From an uncultured Muribaculaceae bacterium (GTDB lineage: Bacteria; Bacillota_I; Bacilli_A; RF39; UBA660), in NCBI GenBank assembly GCA_964368535.1, contig CAYJBC010000002.1:3294-56755 (forward strand): DNA of 53,462 nucleotides, read 5' to 3'. Under the pieces are notes generated by a model, which ran no database searches, had not been told where the DNA came from, and saw nothing but the letters and a program-made list of their open reading frames with translations. Positions 25,423-35,411 of the stretch are shown here, one piece after another (positions within the stretch are counted from its first letter, which is position 1; each line of letters begins with the position of its first letter). Position numbers and translations under genes: made by a program.

Positions 25423-26563
25423 ATTTACCAGATATAATAGATTTTAAATTTTTTATTAAATAATCTATTATGTTAGCTTTTTTTATCTCCTGTTTAACAA
25501 TTATATCTACTTCATCTACTATATTGTTATCATTATCAATTATTTGAGCAGTACCGACCACGCTATCTTTATTTACTGGTGCAACTATATCATTAATCAT
25601 TATTCTAAATGTGTATGTTTTATTAGTCTCTGTTACCTTTTGTAATTCGGTTGCATTTTCTTTAAGATACACTTCTACTTCATCTATTTTTCCGTTTATA
25701 ACCTTTATGGTACCTAAATTTTCACTTTTATCTTTAATTAAAAATAATTTATAGGAATTAAAGCCATAGTCTAACATATTTATTGTATCACTACTTCTTG
25801 CTTCACTTGTTGGGGCTCCCATTGAAACGCTTATTAATCTTAAATCATTTTTCTGAGCAGTTGCAGTTAAACAATAACCAGCACTGTCTGTATACCCTGT
25901 TTTTAATCCATCAACACCACTGTAATAACGGATAAGTTTGTTGGTATTCACCATCCATGTACTTGATCCATCTGGCTTACTTAAATATTCTTCATATATA
26001 CTAGTGAAATCTAATATATCTTCATATTTCAGCAATTCTTTAGCTAAAAGTGCCATATCATATGCAGATGAATAATGGTTTTCTTCATCTAATCCATGTG
26101 GATTCATAAAGTTAGTCGCAACACATTCTAATTCTTTACATAAATCATTCATCATATCCACAAACGCTCCTGTGGTTCCTGCTACTTTTTCACTTAATGC
26201 AACTACTGCATCATTACCACTGGCGATTGAAACTCCTTTAATAAGTTCAGATACTTTATAAACTTCTCCCTCTTCTAAAAACACTTGACTTCCACCCATT
26301 GAAGCTGCTTCTTTACTAATGGTTACTTCATCTTCGTAACTTATTTTTCCTTCATCAACAGCTTCCATTATTAATACTAAACTAGCAATTTTGGTCATTG
26401 ATGCTGGTGATAATTTTTCTTTAGAATTTTTTTCAAATAATATCTCTCCAGTGGAAAACTCCATTAGTATCGCACTTTTTGAATTAGGAGCTATATCTTC
26501 TGCTGCTTTTACTGATGAAATTAATGTAAAAAAACTCATCAACACTATTAATATTTTTTTCAT
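25421..26563 (-). CDS. D-alanyl-D-alanine carboxypeptidase (PBP5/DacA-DacF type)
   Basis: 380 aa. Signal peptide ...ISSVKA, SxxK (PASMTKI), SxN (SGND), KTG (LKTGYT). Confidence 0.85.
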   Translation of the reverse strand: MKKILIVLMSFFTLISSVKAAEDIAPNSKSAILMEFSTGEILFEKNSKEKLSPASMTKIASLVLIMEAVDEGKISYEDEVTISKEAASMGGSQVFLEEGEVYKVSELIKGVSIASGNDAVVALSEKVAGTTGAFVDMMNDLCKELECVATNFMNPHGLDEENHYSSAYDMALLAKELLKYEDILDFTSIYEEYLSKPDGSSTWMVNTNKLIRYYSGVDGLKTGYTDSAGYCLTATAQKNDLRLISVSMGAPTSEARSSDTINMLDYGFNSYKLFLIKDKSENLGTIKVINGKIDEVEVYLKENATELQKVTETNKTYTFRIMINDIVAPVNKDSVVGTAQIIDNDNNIVDEVDIIVKQEIKKANIIDYLIKNLKSIISGK

Positions 26564-26597
26564 AAAACACCTCTTATAAAATTTTATGTGTCAAAAT

Positions 26598-26621
26598 AAA
26601 AAAAAGAATATTAATATATTC
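26598..26621 (-). terminator. Intrinsic terminator after the GT2 gene
   Basis: GAATAT-atta-ATATTC followed by T8 on the minus RNA; overlaps the TGA stop. Confidence 0.45.
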
Positions 26622-27675
26622 ACTTTTTAAATACCCACCTTAATTGAATTTGATAACTGATTATATATAATAATAAATCAATAATAATTTTACTAATAAT
26701 CTTACTACCTGCAGTTACTGTACTAAAATAACTAACTAAAAGTATAGATATAATTAATTGGAGTGACCAGAGTATATAATACTTTACAAATGAATTTTTA
26801 GTTTTGTTTTTAGAATTATTAAATATTTTAGAGTTTATATTATAATTAAGAAGTGATGAAATAATTCTTGATATACCACTTGCAATCGTAATTGTTGCAA
26901 AAGATATAAATATTGAATTAAATAAAAAAGTTAGTAAAGTAAATAACAGTATATCTAATCCCGCACTAATTAACGAACTTCCTGTATATAGACTTAATCC
27001 TTTAAATAACTGTGAGGTTACTTTGTAAGCATCTTTAATTGGATGGAAATGACTAGCTCTATTATTATTTATATATACAGTTTTTATCGGAATCGTAATA
27101 AAATTTTGTCCATTTTTTTTACTTTCGATTAATACATTGAGTTCGTATTCGAATCTATCTCCCTTAATGCCTGTTAACCATTTAAATTGATTTTTATGAA
27201 ACAATCTAAGGCCTGTTTGCGTATCCTTAAGATTAATATTGTATAATGCTTTTATAAGAAATGATGAAAACATATTTCCATATTTACTTTTAAAAGGTGT
27301 ATTATCACCAAATTCCCTTACTCCTAAAATATATTCTTCTTGATAAGTATATGATGCCTTATATAATTTGTAAACGTCACTAACTAAATGTTGCCCATCT
27401 GCGTCTGCAGTTATAGCTATTTGCACATTTTTTTTGTGATCTAATAAATAGTTAAAAGCAGTTTTTAAAGCAGCTCCCTTTCCTTTATTAGTAGAATGGT
27501 GAATTATTTTACATTTTTTAATTTTACTTATCTCATCAAAAATCACTTTTTTATTTTCGCTACTGCCATCATTTATTACTATAACTTCACAAAAGTTTTT
27601 TTTCAATATATCTTTTATATATTTAATTAACTTTCTTTCTGGTTCCAACGAGGGAATTATCACTACACACTTCAT
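26620..27675 (-). CDS. Family 2 glycosyltransferase fused to a GtrA-like membrane domain
   Basis: 351 aa. N-terminus VVIIPSLEPERKL...VIVINDGSS...TADADGQH (GT2 DxD context). The C-terminal ~120 aa form 4 TM helices, GtrA-like. Confidence 0.7.
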   Translation of the reverse strand: MKCVVIIPSLEPERKLIKYIKDILKKNFCEVIVINDGSSENKKVIFDEISKIKKCKIIHHSTNKGKGAALKTAFNYLLDHKKNVQIAITADADGQHLVSDVYKLYKASYTYQEEYILGVREFGDNTPFKSKYGNMFSSFLIKALYNINLKDTQTGLRLFHKNQFKWLTGIKGDRFEYELNVLIESKKNGQNFITIPIKTVYINNNRASHFHPIKDAYKVTSQLFKGLSLYTGSSLISAGLDILLFTLLTFLFNSIFISFATITIASGISRIISSLLNYNINSKIFNNSKNKTKNSFVKYYILWSLQLIISILLVSYFSTVTAGSKIISKIIIDLLLYIISYQIQLRWVFKK

Positions 27676-27829
27676 TCTCTATCACCTATATAAATATTAT
27701 CACAAATATATTTTGATTGCATTAAAAAAACGATTATTTATCGTTTTCTTCACTACTTTTAATGTTAAAAAACTTTTTAATACTATCTAGTATTTTCTTC
27801 ATTTCACACCTCTAGTAAGTTATATGCAT

Positions 27830-28120
27830 TTATAAACTTAATAATTCTTCTTTTATTTTATTTATATCATTTAGTTTTAAAATTTCATTAATTCTTTCTT
27901 TTTGCATTAAACATTTTAGTATCATTTCGTATTCTTCTAATTTTTCTTCAGTATTATTAATAGACTTTGAAACAAATGCTCTAGAAATTTTTTTTAAATC
28001 TGCAATTTCTTGTAAACTTAAATTTTCTTCATAATAAAGTTTAAATATTTCTTTTTGATTGTTAGTAAACAATTCACCATATATATCAAATAATTTGTTA
28101 AAGTATATTAATTTATCCAT
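27830..28120 (-). CDS. ylxM: YlxM/UPF0122 small HTH protein
   Basis: 96 aa. LFDIYGELFTNNQKEIFKLYYEENLSLQEIADLKKISRAFVSKSI matches the YlxM pattern. Sits directly after ftsY, as in Bacillus. Confidence 0.75.
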   Translation of the reverse strand: MDKLIYFNKLFDIYGELFTNNQKEIFKLYYEENLSLQEIADLKKISRAFVSKSINNTEEKLEEYEMILKCLMQKERINEILKLNDINKIKEELLSL

Positions 28121-28121
28121 A

Positions 28122-29105
28122 TTACATCACATCCTTAAATAAACCATAGATATAGTTTTCTATATCAAATGTTTTTAAATCTTCCATCTTTTCACCAAAG
28201 CCAATAAATTTAACTGGTATATTTACTTTTTCTTTTATAGCTAAAACTATCCCACCTTTAGCAGTCCCGTCTAATTTGGTAAGTACTAATCCCGTTACAT
28301 TTGTAATTTCTTTGAAACTTTCAGCTTGCATTATTCCATTTTGACCAGTTGATGCATCTATTATCAAAAGTGTTTCGTGTGGCGCATTATCTATTTCTCT
28401 ACCGATTATTTTATTTATCTTTTCAAGTTCTTTCATTAAATTTACTTTATTTTGTAATCTACCTGCTGTATCAATTAAAATTATATCCGCATTTTCTTCT
28501 TTTCCATATTTTAAACCATCAAATACAACACTAGCGGGATCAGATTCAGCTTTTCCATAAAACAAACTATCAGTTCTTTCTGCCCATACTTTTAATTGTT
28601 CTGTTGCGCCAGCTCTAAATGTGTCTCCTGCGATTAATAATACCTTTTTGTTTTCTTGTTTGTATTTATTAGCTAATTTAGCAATAGTAGTAGTTTTACC
28701 TACACCATTAACTCCGACAACTAATATTACAGTCGGACCATTTTCTGACATATTCATTTTATCTGTTAAACTTTCATTGTTAACGTATATAATAAATAGT
28801 TCATCTACTATAATTTCTTTTAAGTCTTCTGAATTAGTTATTTTTTCTTTTTTTACTCTCGATCTTAGTTGATCTAAAAATTCCATAACAGTATTTATAC
28901 CTATATCTGCCATAATCAAAATATTTTCAAGTTCTTCAAAATATTCTTCAGTAATTTGTTTATGACTTTTAGATAAATTTACTAGTTTATTTGAAAATTC
29001 TTCCCGTGTTTTTTCTAAACCTTTATCATAAATTTTTAAATCTTCTTTTTCTACAACTGAATCTTTTTTCTTTATTATGTTCTTTAATTTATCAAAAATT
29101 CCCAT
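28122..29105 (-). CDS. ftsY: Signal recognition particle receptor FtsY
   Basis: 327 aa. GVNGVGKTTTIAKLA, DTAGRLQNK, TKLDGTAKGG. Confidence 0.9.
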   Translation of the reverse strand: MGIFDKLKNIIKKKDSVVEKEDLKIYDKGLEKTREEFSNKLVNLSKSHKQITEEYFEELENILIMADIGINTVMEFLDQLRSRVKKEKITNSEDLKEIIVDELFIIYVNNESLTDKMNMSENGPTVILVVGVNGVGKTTTIAKLANKYKQENKKVLLIAGDTFRAGATEQLKVWAERTDSLFYGKAESDPASVVFDGLKYGKEENADIILIDTAGRLQNKVNLMKELEKINKIIGREIDNAPHETLLIIDASTGQNGIMQAESFKEITNVTGLVLTKLDGTAKGGIVLAIKEKVNIPVKFIGFGEKMEDLKTFDIENYIYGLFKDVM

Positions 29106-29259
29106 TTATATCACCTTTTTCTATTATAAATTATATTTATATATATTTCAAACTATTTTCAATTTTACATACAATTATCATCTTCAGATTAGACAAATTG
29201 TTCATTTTATGCTATAATGTTTGCAGCAATTAACTTTAAAAAAGAAAGAAGGAAATTTA

Positions 29260-30924
29260 ATGAAAAATAATAGTGCTACGACTATTGTAGCTTTAGGTGG
29301 TCTTGGTGAGGTTGGTAAAAACATGTATGTTTTAACTCATGAAGACGAAATAATAATAATTGATGCTGGAGTAATGTTTCCAGAAGACGATTTACTTGGA
29401 ATAGATTATGTTATACAAGACATAACTTATTTAAAGAAAAATGCAGATAAAATAAAAGGTTTAGTAATAACACATGGTCACGAAGATCATATAGGTGGTG
29501 TACCTTTCTTACTTAATTCTATTGATGTACCTAAAATATGGGCACCAAGAATTGCTATAGATTTAATGAGAAAAAAAATAGATGAAAGAAATATTAGTTA
29601 TAAAAATTTTGAACAAATTAATGAACATAGTAAAATTGAAACAAAATATTTTAGTATAGATTTTATTAATACAACACATTCTATACCTGATTCTTTTGCT
29701 TTAGTTATTAAAACTCCAAACGGTACAATATTTGAAACTGGAGATTTTAAATTTGATTTAACTCCAATAGGACCAATGGCGGATATACATAAAATGGCTG
29801 AGGCTGGAAAAAATGGAATTGATTTATTACTAAGTGATTCAACTAATGCTTTATCTCCAGGTTTTTCAAAAAGTGAATCTTCTGTAGATGAAACTTTAAA
29901 TGATATTATATCTAAGCATTTAGGAAGAGTTATTATAGCTACTTTTGCATCAAATATCTTTAGACTTAAACATATTGTTGATACTTGTAAAGAACACAAC
30001 AGAAAGATAATTGTTTTTGGTAGAAGTATGGAAAATAATATTGAATTATCACTTCAAAACGGGCTTTTAAGTGATAGATCAATGTTTATTACTCCTAATG
30101 AAGCAAAGTCGTTAAAACAACAAGAAATTTGTATATTATGTACAGGTTCACAAGGTGAACCACTAGCAGCATTATCTAGAATTGCTAATGGTGTTCATAA
30201 ACAAATATCTCTTATGCCTAATGATTTAGTTGTATTTTCATCTAGTCCTATACCAGGTAACTCTGATAGTATTAATAAGATTATAAATAAATTATATTTA
30301 AAAGGAGTTAGAGTATTTACTAATTCAGAATTTTCTGAAATACATACTTCTGGTCATGCTAAAGAAGATGAACTAAAATGGATGCTTAGAATTACTAAAC
30401 CGAAATACTTTATGCCTATGCACGGAGAATACAGAATGCTTAAGGCGCACTGTGAAATCGCTACTCTTTGTGATGTTCCTGAAGAAAACACACTTATATG
30501 TTCAAATGGAGATGTAGTTGAACTATTAAACGGAGAAGTAAGAAAAGCTGGTAGAGTTCCTGCTGGGGATGTATATGTAGATGGTTCTAGAATTGGAGAT
30601 ATAGGCGGAGTTGTTATTAAAGATCGTAAATTAATGAGCCAAGATGGTATATTAATTTCTATATTAAATATCGATGTAAATAATAAAAAACTTCTAATTA
30701 AACCTAATGTAACTGCAAGAGGCTTTGTGCTTGTGAATGAAAATTTAGATTTAATGAGAAAAATTGAAGAAAAAATAAGTTATGTTGTAAGAGAGTTTTT
30801 GGGCAAAAACGAATACAGTTATACCGATTTGAAAAATCAAATTATTCTTGAAACATTACCATTTATTAATAACTTAACTGGAAGACATCCAATTATATTG
30901 CCAGTTATCATGGAAGTTAAATAA
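29260..30924 (+). CDS. rnj: Ribonuclease J
   Basis: The track ORF starts at a TTG (29221). ATG at 29260 follows AGAAGGAAA. Metallo-beta-lactamase HGHEDHIGG, beta-CASP region and RNase J C-terminal domain. Confidence 0.9.
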   Translation: MKNNSATTIVALGGLGEVGKNMYVLTHEDEIIIIDAGVMFPEDDLLGIDYVIQDITYLKKNADKIKGLVITHGHEDHIGGVPFLLNSIDVPKIWAPRIAIDLMRKKIDERNISYKNFEQINEHSKIETKYFSIDFINTTHSIPDSFALVIKTPNGTIFETGDFKFDLTPIGPMADIHKMAEAGKNGIDLLLSDSTNALSPGFSKSESSVDETLNDIISKHLGRVIIATFASNIFRLKHIVDTCKEHNRKIIVFGRSMENNIELSLQNGLLSDRSMFITPNEAKSLKQQEICILCTGSQGEPLAALSRIANGVHKQISLMPNDLVVFSSSPIPGNSDSINKIINKLYLKGVRVFTNSEFSEIHTSGHAKEDELKWMLRITKPKYFMPMHGEYRMLKAHCEIATLCDVPEENTLICSNGDVVELLNGEVRKAGRVPAGDVYVDGSRIGDIGGVVIKDRKLMSQDGILISILNIDVNNKKLLIKPNVTARGFVLVNENLDLMRKIEEKISYVVREFLGKNEYSYTDLKNQIILETLPFINNLTGRHPIILPVIMEVK

Positions 30925-30945
30925 CACTATAACTAGTGTTTTTTC
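30923..30945 (+). terminator. Intrinsic terminator after rnj
   Basis: AACACTA-taac-TAGTGTT followed by TTTTT. Confidence 0.6.
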
Positions 30946-30993
30946 ATTGCTTTTTAGTAACATTTGTGTTACTATATTAACTCAGGTGATTTT

Positions 30994-31749
30994 ATGAATA
31001 ATATTAAAAATATAAATAAAAATAAGTATTATATTAAGGATAATACGGACTTTTTTGATGAAGCATATATTGAAATAATATGTTCGAAGTTAGCTAAACT
31101 AGTTGATTTAAATTGTCCAGAATACAGTATATTAAAAGAAAATGGAACTACATATTCAGCGAGTTTAGATTTAAATAAACAAGGGAAATTTTATCTTGCT
31201 AAAGAATATGTGTCTTTTGATAATGATTTAATTGTATATTTATTTAAAACTATGTCTAAACTTAATTCTGTGTTTTTAAATAAAGATATATCTCAAGATT
31301 TTATTAAAACTTATGCTTTTGATATTATACTAGCTAATCCGGATAGAAACACTCATAACTTTGGATTTATTGAAAAAAATAATAATTTTTCGTTTGTCAT
31401 TTTAGATAATGCATTATCTTTTTCATACAGTAATTTCCCAACTATTTTGGGTAAACATCTTGATGAAGATGCCATACTATATGATAAAAATTTAGATTTA
31501 CACAAAAGAAATGTTAGACTAAATTATTATTACAATGCTATATTACAAGATTTAAACTATGTATTAGAAAATGGTTCTAGTGATATTAGAAATATTATTT
31601 TATCTACTTTTTCAATTCTTACACCAGAAGTTATACAAAAAACTATTCTGGATGTATTTACCGAATATAAAGTCAACCCAAGACAGATTACAGATTACCA
31701 AAATCATGCCTATGTATATAAAAGATTACACAAAAAAATACTGAAATAA
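30994..31749 (+). CDS. Kinase-fold protein, possibly HipA C-terminal-like
   Basis: ATG at 30994 follows AGGTGA. ILANPDRNTHNFGF resembles the HipA/kinase catalytic loop (D...N) and VILDNALSF a metal-binding D. No HipA N-terminal domain and no adjacent HipB-like HTH gene. Confidence 0.35.
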   Translation: MNNIKNINKNKYYIKDNTDFFDEAYIEIICSKLAKLVDLNCPEYSILKENGTTYSASLDLNKQGKFYLAKEYVSFDNDLIVYLFKTMSKLNSVFLNKDISQDFIKTYAFDIILANPDRNTHNFGFIEKNNNFSFVILDNALSFSYSNFPTILGKHLDEDAILYDKNLDLHKRNVRLNYYYNAILQDLNYVLENGSSDIRNIILSTFSILTPEVIQKTILDVFTEYKVNPRQITDYQNHAYVYKRLHKKILK

Positions 31750-31761
31750 TCAGTATTTTTT
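31732..31761. terminator. Bidirectional terminator between convergent genes
   Basis: ATACTGA-aataa-TCAGTAT flanked by an A-run and a T-run. The loop contains the plus-strand TAA stop. Confidence 0.6.
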
Positions 31762-33313
31762 ATTTTGCTTCTTCTTGAACTCTTGTTTCTCTAATAACAG
31801 TTATTTTGACAGTTCCAGGATATTGCATTTCTTTTTCAATACGTTCTTTGATATCTCTAGCTATTTTATAACTATTCGCATCATCAATTTCGCCTGGTTT
31901 AACCATAACTCTAAGTTCTCTTCCAGCTTGCATTGCATATGTTTTTTCAACACCATCATAAGAGTTGCCTATTTCTTCAAGTTGTTCTAATCTTTTAATA
32001 TAATTTTCTAATGAATCATTTCTAGCTCCAGGTCTAGCAGCTGATAATGTATCTGCGATTGCTACTAAAACTGAAATAATACTTTTAGCGTCTTCATCTC
32101 CGTGATGTGAAGCGATAGAATTTATTACAATCTCATTTTCTTTATATTTTTTAGCTACATCTGCACCGATTTGAACATGTGATCCTTCTATTTCAAAATC
32201 TATAGATTTACCTATATCATGCATTAAACCAGCTCTTTTAGCTAAACTTACATTTTCACCAAGTTCTGATGCCATAAGGCCAGTAAGATTTGCTACTTCT
32301 ATCGAATGCTTTAAAGCATTTTGCCCGTAACTAGTTCTAAAATGAAGTTTACCTATTAAAGTTATTATTTCCGGATCAACTTTTACAATTCCTAAATCTG
32401 TAATAGTTTTATTTCCTATTTCTAAGATTTTAGAATTAATATCATTTGTAACTTTTTCATAAACTTCTTCAATTCTCGATGGATGTATTCTACCATCTTT
32501 TATTAATGTTTCTATTGTTACTTTTGCAATTTCACGTCTAAGTGGATCAAATGATGATATAACAATAGTTTCTGGTGTGTCATCTATAATAAGGTCAACA
32601 CCTGTGATTGATTCTATAGTACGGATATTTCTACCTTCTCTACCTATTAATCTACCTTTCATATCATCACTTGGTAAATCAATAGTTGATACAGATTGTT
32701 CTCCAACTACATCATCAGAGTATCTTTCCATACTTCCTACTATTAATTGTTTTGCTTTTTCATTTGCTTCTAATTTTGCTTTTGATTCTTCTGTTTTAAT
32801 ATAGTCAGCAATTTCTAAAGCAGTATTTTTTTCTACTACTTCCATTATTTTTTCTTTTGCTTTTTCTTTACTTAAACCAGAAATTTTTTCAAGCTGTGCT
32901 ACTTCATCTTTAAGTAGCTTGTCCATTTTTTCCTCTTTTTCTTGTAAACTTGTTTGTTTTGCTAATAAATTTTTTTCTTTTTCCTCTATTAAACTATCTC
33001 TTTTGTGAAGCATTTCTTCTCTTTTATCAAGACTTCCTTCTCTTGATAATAATCTTTCTTCACTTTCTTTAATTTCAGATTTTTTTTCTTTGATTTCAAT
33101 ATCAGTTTGTTGTTTTAATTTATGAGATTCTTCTTTTAATTCAAATAAACTATCTCTTTTATATTTATCTGCTTCTTTTTTTGCTTCATCTATAATTTTA
33201 TTAGCGTTTTTTTCAGTATTTGTTTTTTTTAATACATTTATTAACCATGATATAAATAATCCAATTACTAAACCAAGAAATAGAGTTAAAAATGGTAAAT
33301 ACATCTTATCCAT
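31760..33313 (-). CDS. rny: Ribonuclease Y
   Basis: ATG at 33313 follows AAGGAG. N-terminal TM, K/E-rich coiled-coil, KH domain (GREGRNIR), HD domain (GLMHDIGK). Confidence 0.9.
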   Translation of the reverse strand: MDKMYLPFLTLFLGLVIGLFISWLINVLKKTNTEKNANKIIDEAKKEADKYKRDSLFELKEESHKLKQQTDIEIKEKKSEIKESEERLLSREGSLDKREEMLHKRDSLIEEKEKNLLAKQTSLQEKEEKMDKLLKDEVAQLEKISGLSKEKAKEKIMEVVEKNTALEIADYIKTEESKAKLEANEKAKQLIVGSMERYSDDVVGEQSVSTIDLPSDDMKGRLIGREGRNIRTIESITGVDLIIDDTPETIVISSFDPLRREIAKVTIETLIKDGRIHPSRIEEVYEKVTNDINSKILEIGNKTITDLGIVKVDPEIITLIGKLHFRTSYGQNALKHSIEVANLTGLMASELGENVSLAKRAGLMHDIGKSIDFEIEGSHVQIGADVAKKYKENEIVINSIASHHGDEDAKSIISVLVAIADTLSAARPGARNDSLENYIKRLEQLEEIGNSYDGVEKTYAMQAGRELRVMVKPGEIDDANSYKIARDIKERIEKEMQYPGTVKITVIRETRVQEEAK

Positions 33314-33407
33314 TTTTTCTCCTTCTTTCATAGAATAAAAATAACTTCTATAAGTTTATTATAAAAGTTATTTATTCATTTGGCAAGGTTTTTTAGAATT
33401 TTATTTT

Positions 33408-34430
33408 TTATTTATCTGCTTTTTTCTTTTTAAATCCGTAATAATCTCTTACTTTTTGGTCTATCTCAGAAAACATATCTTGATTTTCTTTCAAAAATTG
33501 TTTTACATTTTCTTTACCTTGACCTATTTTATCCCCGTTATAAGCATACCACGCTCCACTTTTTTCAACTATTCCTAGTTCAGACGCTAAATCTATTAAT
33601 TCGCCCTCCTTAGATATACCTTCACCATACATAATGTCAACTTGTGCTAATTTAAATGGTGGTGCCACTTTATTTTTTACTACTTTAATATTAGTTTTAT
33701 TCCCTAAGATTTGGTCTCCTAATTTAATTTGTTCACCACGTCTAATATCTAATCTAATTGATGAATAAAATTTAAGAGCTCTTCCTCCTGGTGTTGTTTC
33801 TGGATTCCCAAACATTACTCCTACTTTTTCTCTTAATTGATTTATAAATATAGCTATCGTATTTGTTTTGTTCATTATACCTGATAATTTTCTTAATGCT
33901 TGTGACATGAGTCTTGCTTGAAGACCTACATGAGAATCTCCCATTTCTCCATCTATTTCAGCTTGTGGAACTAATGCTGCAACTGAGTCTATAATTATAA
34001 TGTTAACTGCTTCACTCCTAACAAGCGCTTCACAAATTTCAAGTGCTTGTTCTCCTGTGTCTGGTTGCGATAGTAAAAGTTCATTTATATTTACTCCTAA
34101 TGCTTTAGCATATACTGGATCAAGTGCATGTTCTGCATCTATGAATGCTGCTCTTCCTCCTACTTTTTGTACTGCTGCTACAGCTTCTAAAGCTACCGTT
34201 GTTTTACCACTTGATTCTGGTCCATATATTTCTATTATTCTTCCCTTTGGAAACCCTCCTACACCCAGTGCTACGTCGAGTGCAAGTGAACCAGATGAAC
34301 AAACATCTATTTCAATATGTTCATCTCCTCCAAGCTTCATTATTGCACCTGCTCCAAATTGCTTTTCTATATCGGCTAAAACCGCCTCCAAAGTCTTATC
34401 TTTGTTCTTACTATCTTTTGAACTTTTCAT
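33408..34430 (-). CDS. recA: Recombinase RecA
   Basis: ATG at 34430 follows TAGGAGG. Begins [34 protein letters not shown], Walker [20 protein letters not shown]. The 18 extra N-terminal residues in the track ORF look spurious. Confidence 0.95.
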   Translation of the reverse strand: MKSSKDSKNKDKTLEAVLADIEKQFGAGAIMKLGGDEHIEIDVCSSGSLALDVALGVGGFPKGRIIEIYGPESSGKTTVALEAVAAVQKVGGRAAFIDAEHALDPVYAKALGVNINELLLSQPDTGEQALEICEALVRSEAVNIIIIDSVAALVPQAEIDGEMGDSHVGLQARLMSQALRKLSGIMNKTNTIAIFINQLREKVGVMFGNPETTPGGRALKFYSSIRLDIRRGEQIKLGDQILGNKTNIKVVKNKVAPPFKLAQVDIMYGEGISKEGELIDLASELGIVEKSGAWYAYNGDKIGQGKENVKQFLKENQDMFSEIDQKVRDYYGFKKKKADK

Positions 34431-34462
34431 TTTTCCTCCTAATGTAACTCTGATACAATGCC

Positions 34463-34491
34463 ATTGTATAACAAAAAAAAACACTTGTCAA
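34463..34491 (-). promoter_or_regulatory. Sigma-A-type promoter of recA
   Basis: Minus strand TTGACA-17 nt-TACAAT. The -10 is embedded in a perfect palindrome ATACAATG-c-CATTGTAT (34453-34469). Confidence 0.55.
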
Positions 34492-34499
34492 TATAAAAA

Positions 34500-34513
34500 C
34501 GAACAAATGTTTA
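34500..34513. promoter_or_regulatory. Candidate LexA (Cheo-type) box upstream of the recA promoter
   Basis: CGAACAAATGTTTA against the Bacillus consensus CGAAC-N4-GTTCG (GAAC-N4-GTTT, 7 of 8 core positions). Lies just upstream of the -35. Confidence 0.3.
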
Positions 34514-34520
34514 CTTTTAT

Positions 34521-35411
34521 TTATTTTCTTCTGTTTTCGCTTTGTAATTCTAGAGTTTCTGTTAATTGTTTTACTCTTTGAATTATTCTTCTAGCTTTAA
34601 CTTTATCATCACTGTTTTTAGTTACTGCTAAATGTTTTTCTAAATCTTCTAAACTCAAATTAGATGTAAAAAACGTTGTTTTTGATTCATTCATTCGATA
34701 TTGAAGAATTGCTCCTAAAATTTCATCTCTACCCCATTCGGTAACATTTTCTGCTCCTATGTCATCTAGAAGTAATAAATCAACTTCTTTAAGTTTATTT
34801 ACTTTATTTTCCAAAAATGAAAAATCTTCTTTTAAATTCCTTAAAAATTCTGGAAAATATACAATTTCTGAAGTTGCATACTTTTTATCGCTTAACTCAT
34901 TAAATAAAGATGATATTAAATATGTTTTTCCTGAACCAAATGACCCATGTAAAAATAAGCCTTTTTGATTTTTATTTGGACTATATTCATCATAAAAATT
35001 TTTAATCCATTTTATTAATGGGACTCTTTTTTTATCTGTTATATCTATATCTTTCATTCTTGCAGTTTCTAAAACCTTTTTACTAGTTTCTTTTTCTAAA
35101 GCTTCCAAATTAAATGCTTTTTGATATTTGCATGGTGTATAAGCAAATTGCAAAGTATCTTCCTTATTTTCCGGAAAGAAAACATGCCCTATTACTTTAT
35201 TCTTACAATCATATAAACCACTGCACTTTTTACAAGTTCTGATTTCATTAATAGTGTCTTCTATTTTAGTTACATTTCTTTTAATGATATTTTCATTTAA
35301 TTTTAATTTATTAACTATTGCATTAAAGTCTTTATCTTTGAGTGCATTTAAATAAACGTTATTAATTGACATTTCATTTTCTTTAGTAATTATTCCTTTA
35401 AGACCTTCCAT
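34521..35411 (-). CDS. dnaI: Primosomal helicase loader DnaI
   Basis: 296 aa. N-terminal Cys cluster (CKKCSG...C), AAA+ Walker A LFLHGSFGSGKTYL, Walker B LLLLDDIGAE. Start overlaps the dnaB stop (TAATG). Confidence 0.85.
   Translation of the reverse strand: MEGLKGIITKENEMSINNVYLNALKDKDFNAIVNKLKLNENIIKRNVTKIEDTINEIRTCKKCSGLYDCKNKVIGHVFFPENKEDTLQFAYTPCKYQKAFNLEALEKETSKKVLETARMKDIDITDKKRVPLIKWIKNFYDEYSPNKNQKGLFLHGSFGSGKTYLISSLFNELSDKKYATSEIVYFPEFLRNLKEDFSFLENKVNKLKEVDLLLLDDIGAENVTEWGRDEILGAILQYRMNESKTTFFTSNLSLEDLEKHLAVTKNSDDKVKARRIIQRVKQLTETLELQSENRRK

Noticed and set aside
33408-34484. The 358-aa recA ORF start given in the track ([18 protein letters not shown]...)
   Set aside because: The extension has no SD and covers the predicted promoter. 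The ATG at 34430 has a TAGGAGG SD and yields a canonical RecA N-terminus.
34000-34581. Plus-strand ORFs 34000..34581 and 34145..34447
   Set aside because: They are antisense to the highly conserved recA, have low-complexity Ser/Leu/Phe-rich products and no SD. The same reasoning removes 1256..1697, 2655..3025, 4867..5346, 7975..8193, 9996..10262, 11206..11448, 12343..12561, 13713..13916, 16242..16439, 17346..17537, 18132..18329, 19926..20183, 21721..24294 (five ORFs), 24855..25343, 26391..26579, 28349..29233, 29598..29999, 31775..32804, 34759..34968, 37715..37930, 40089..40394, 41967..42152, 44540..44728, 45669..45968, 46234..47105, 50033..50254 and 51058..51357.
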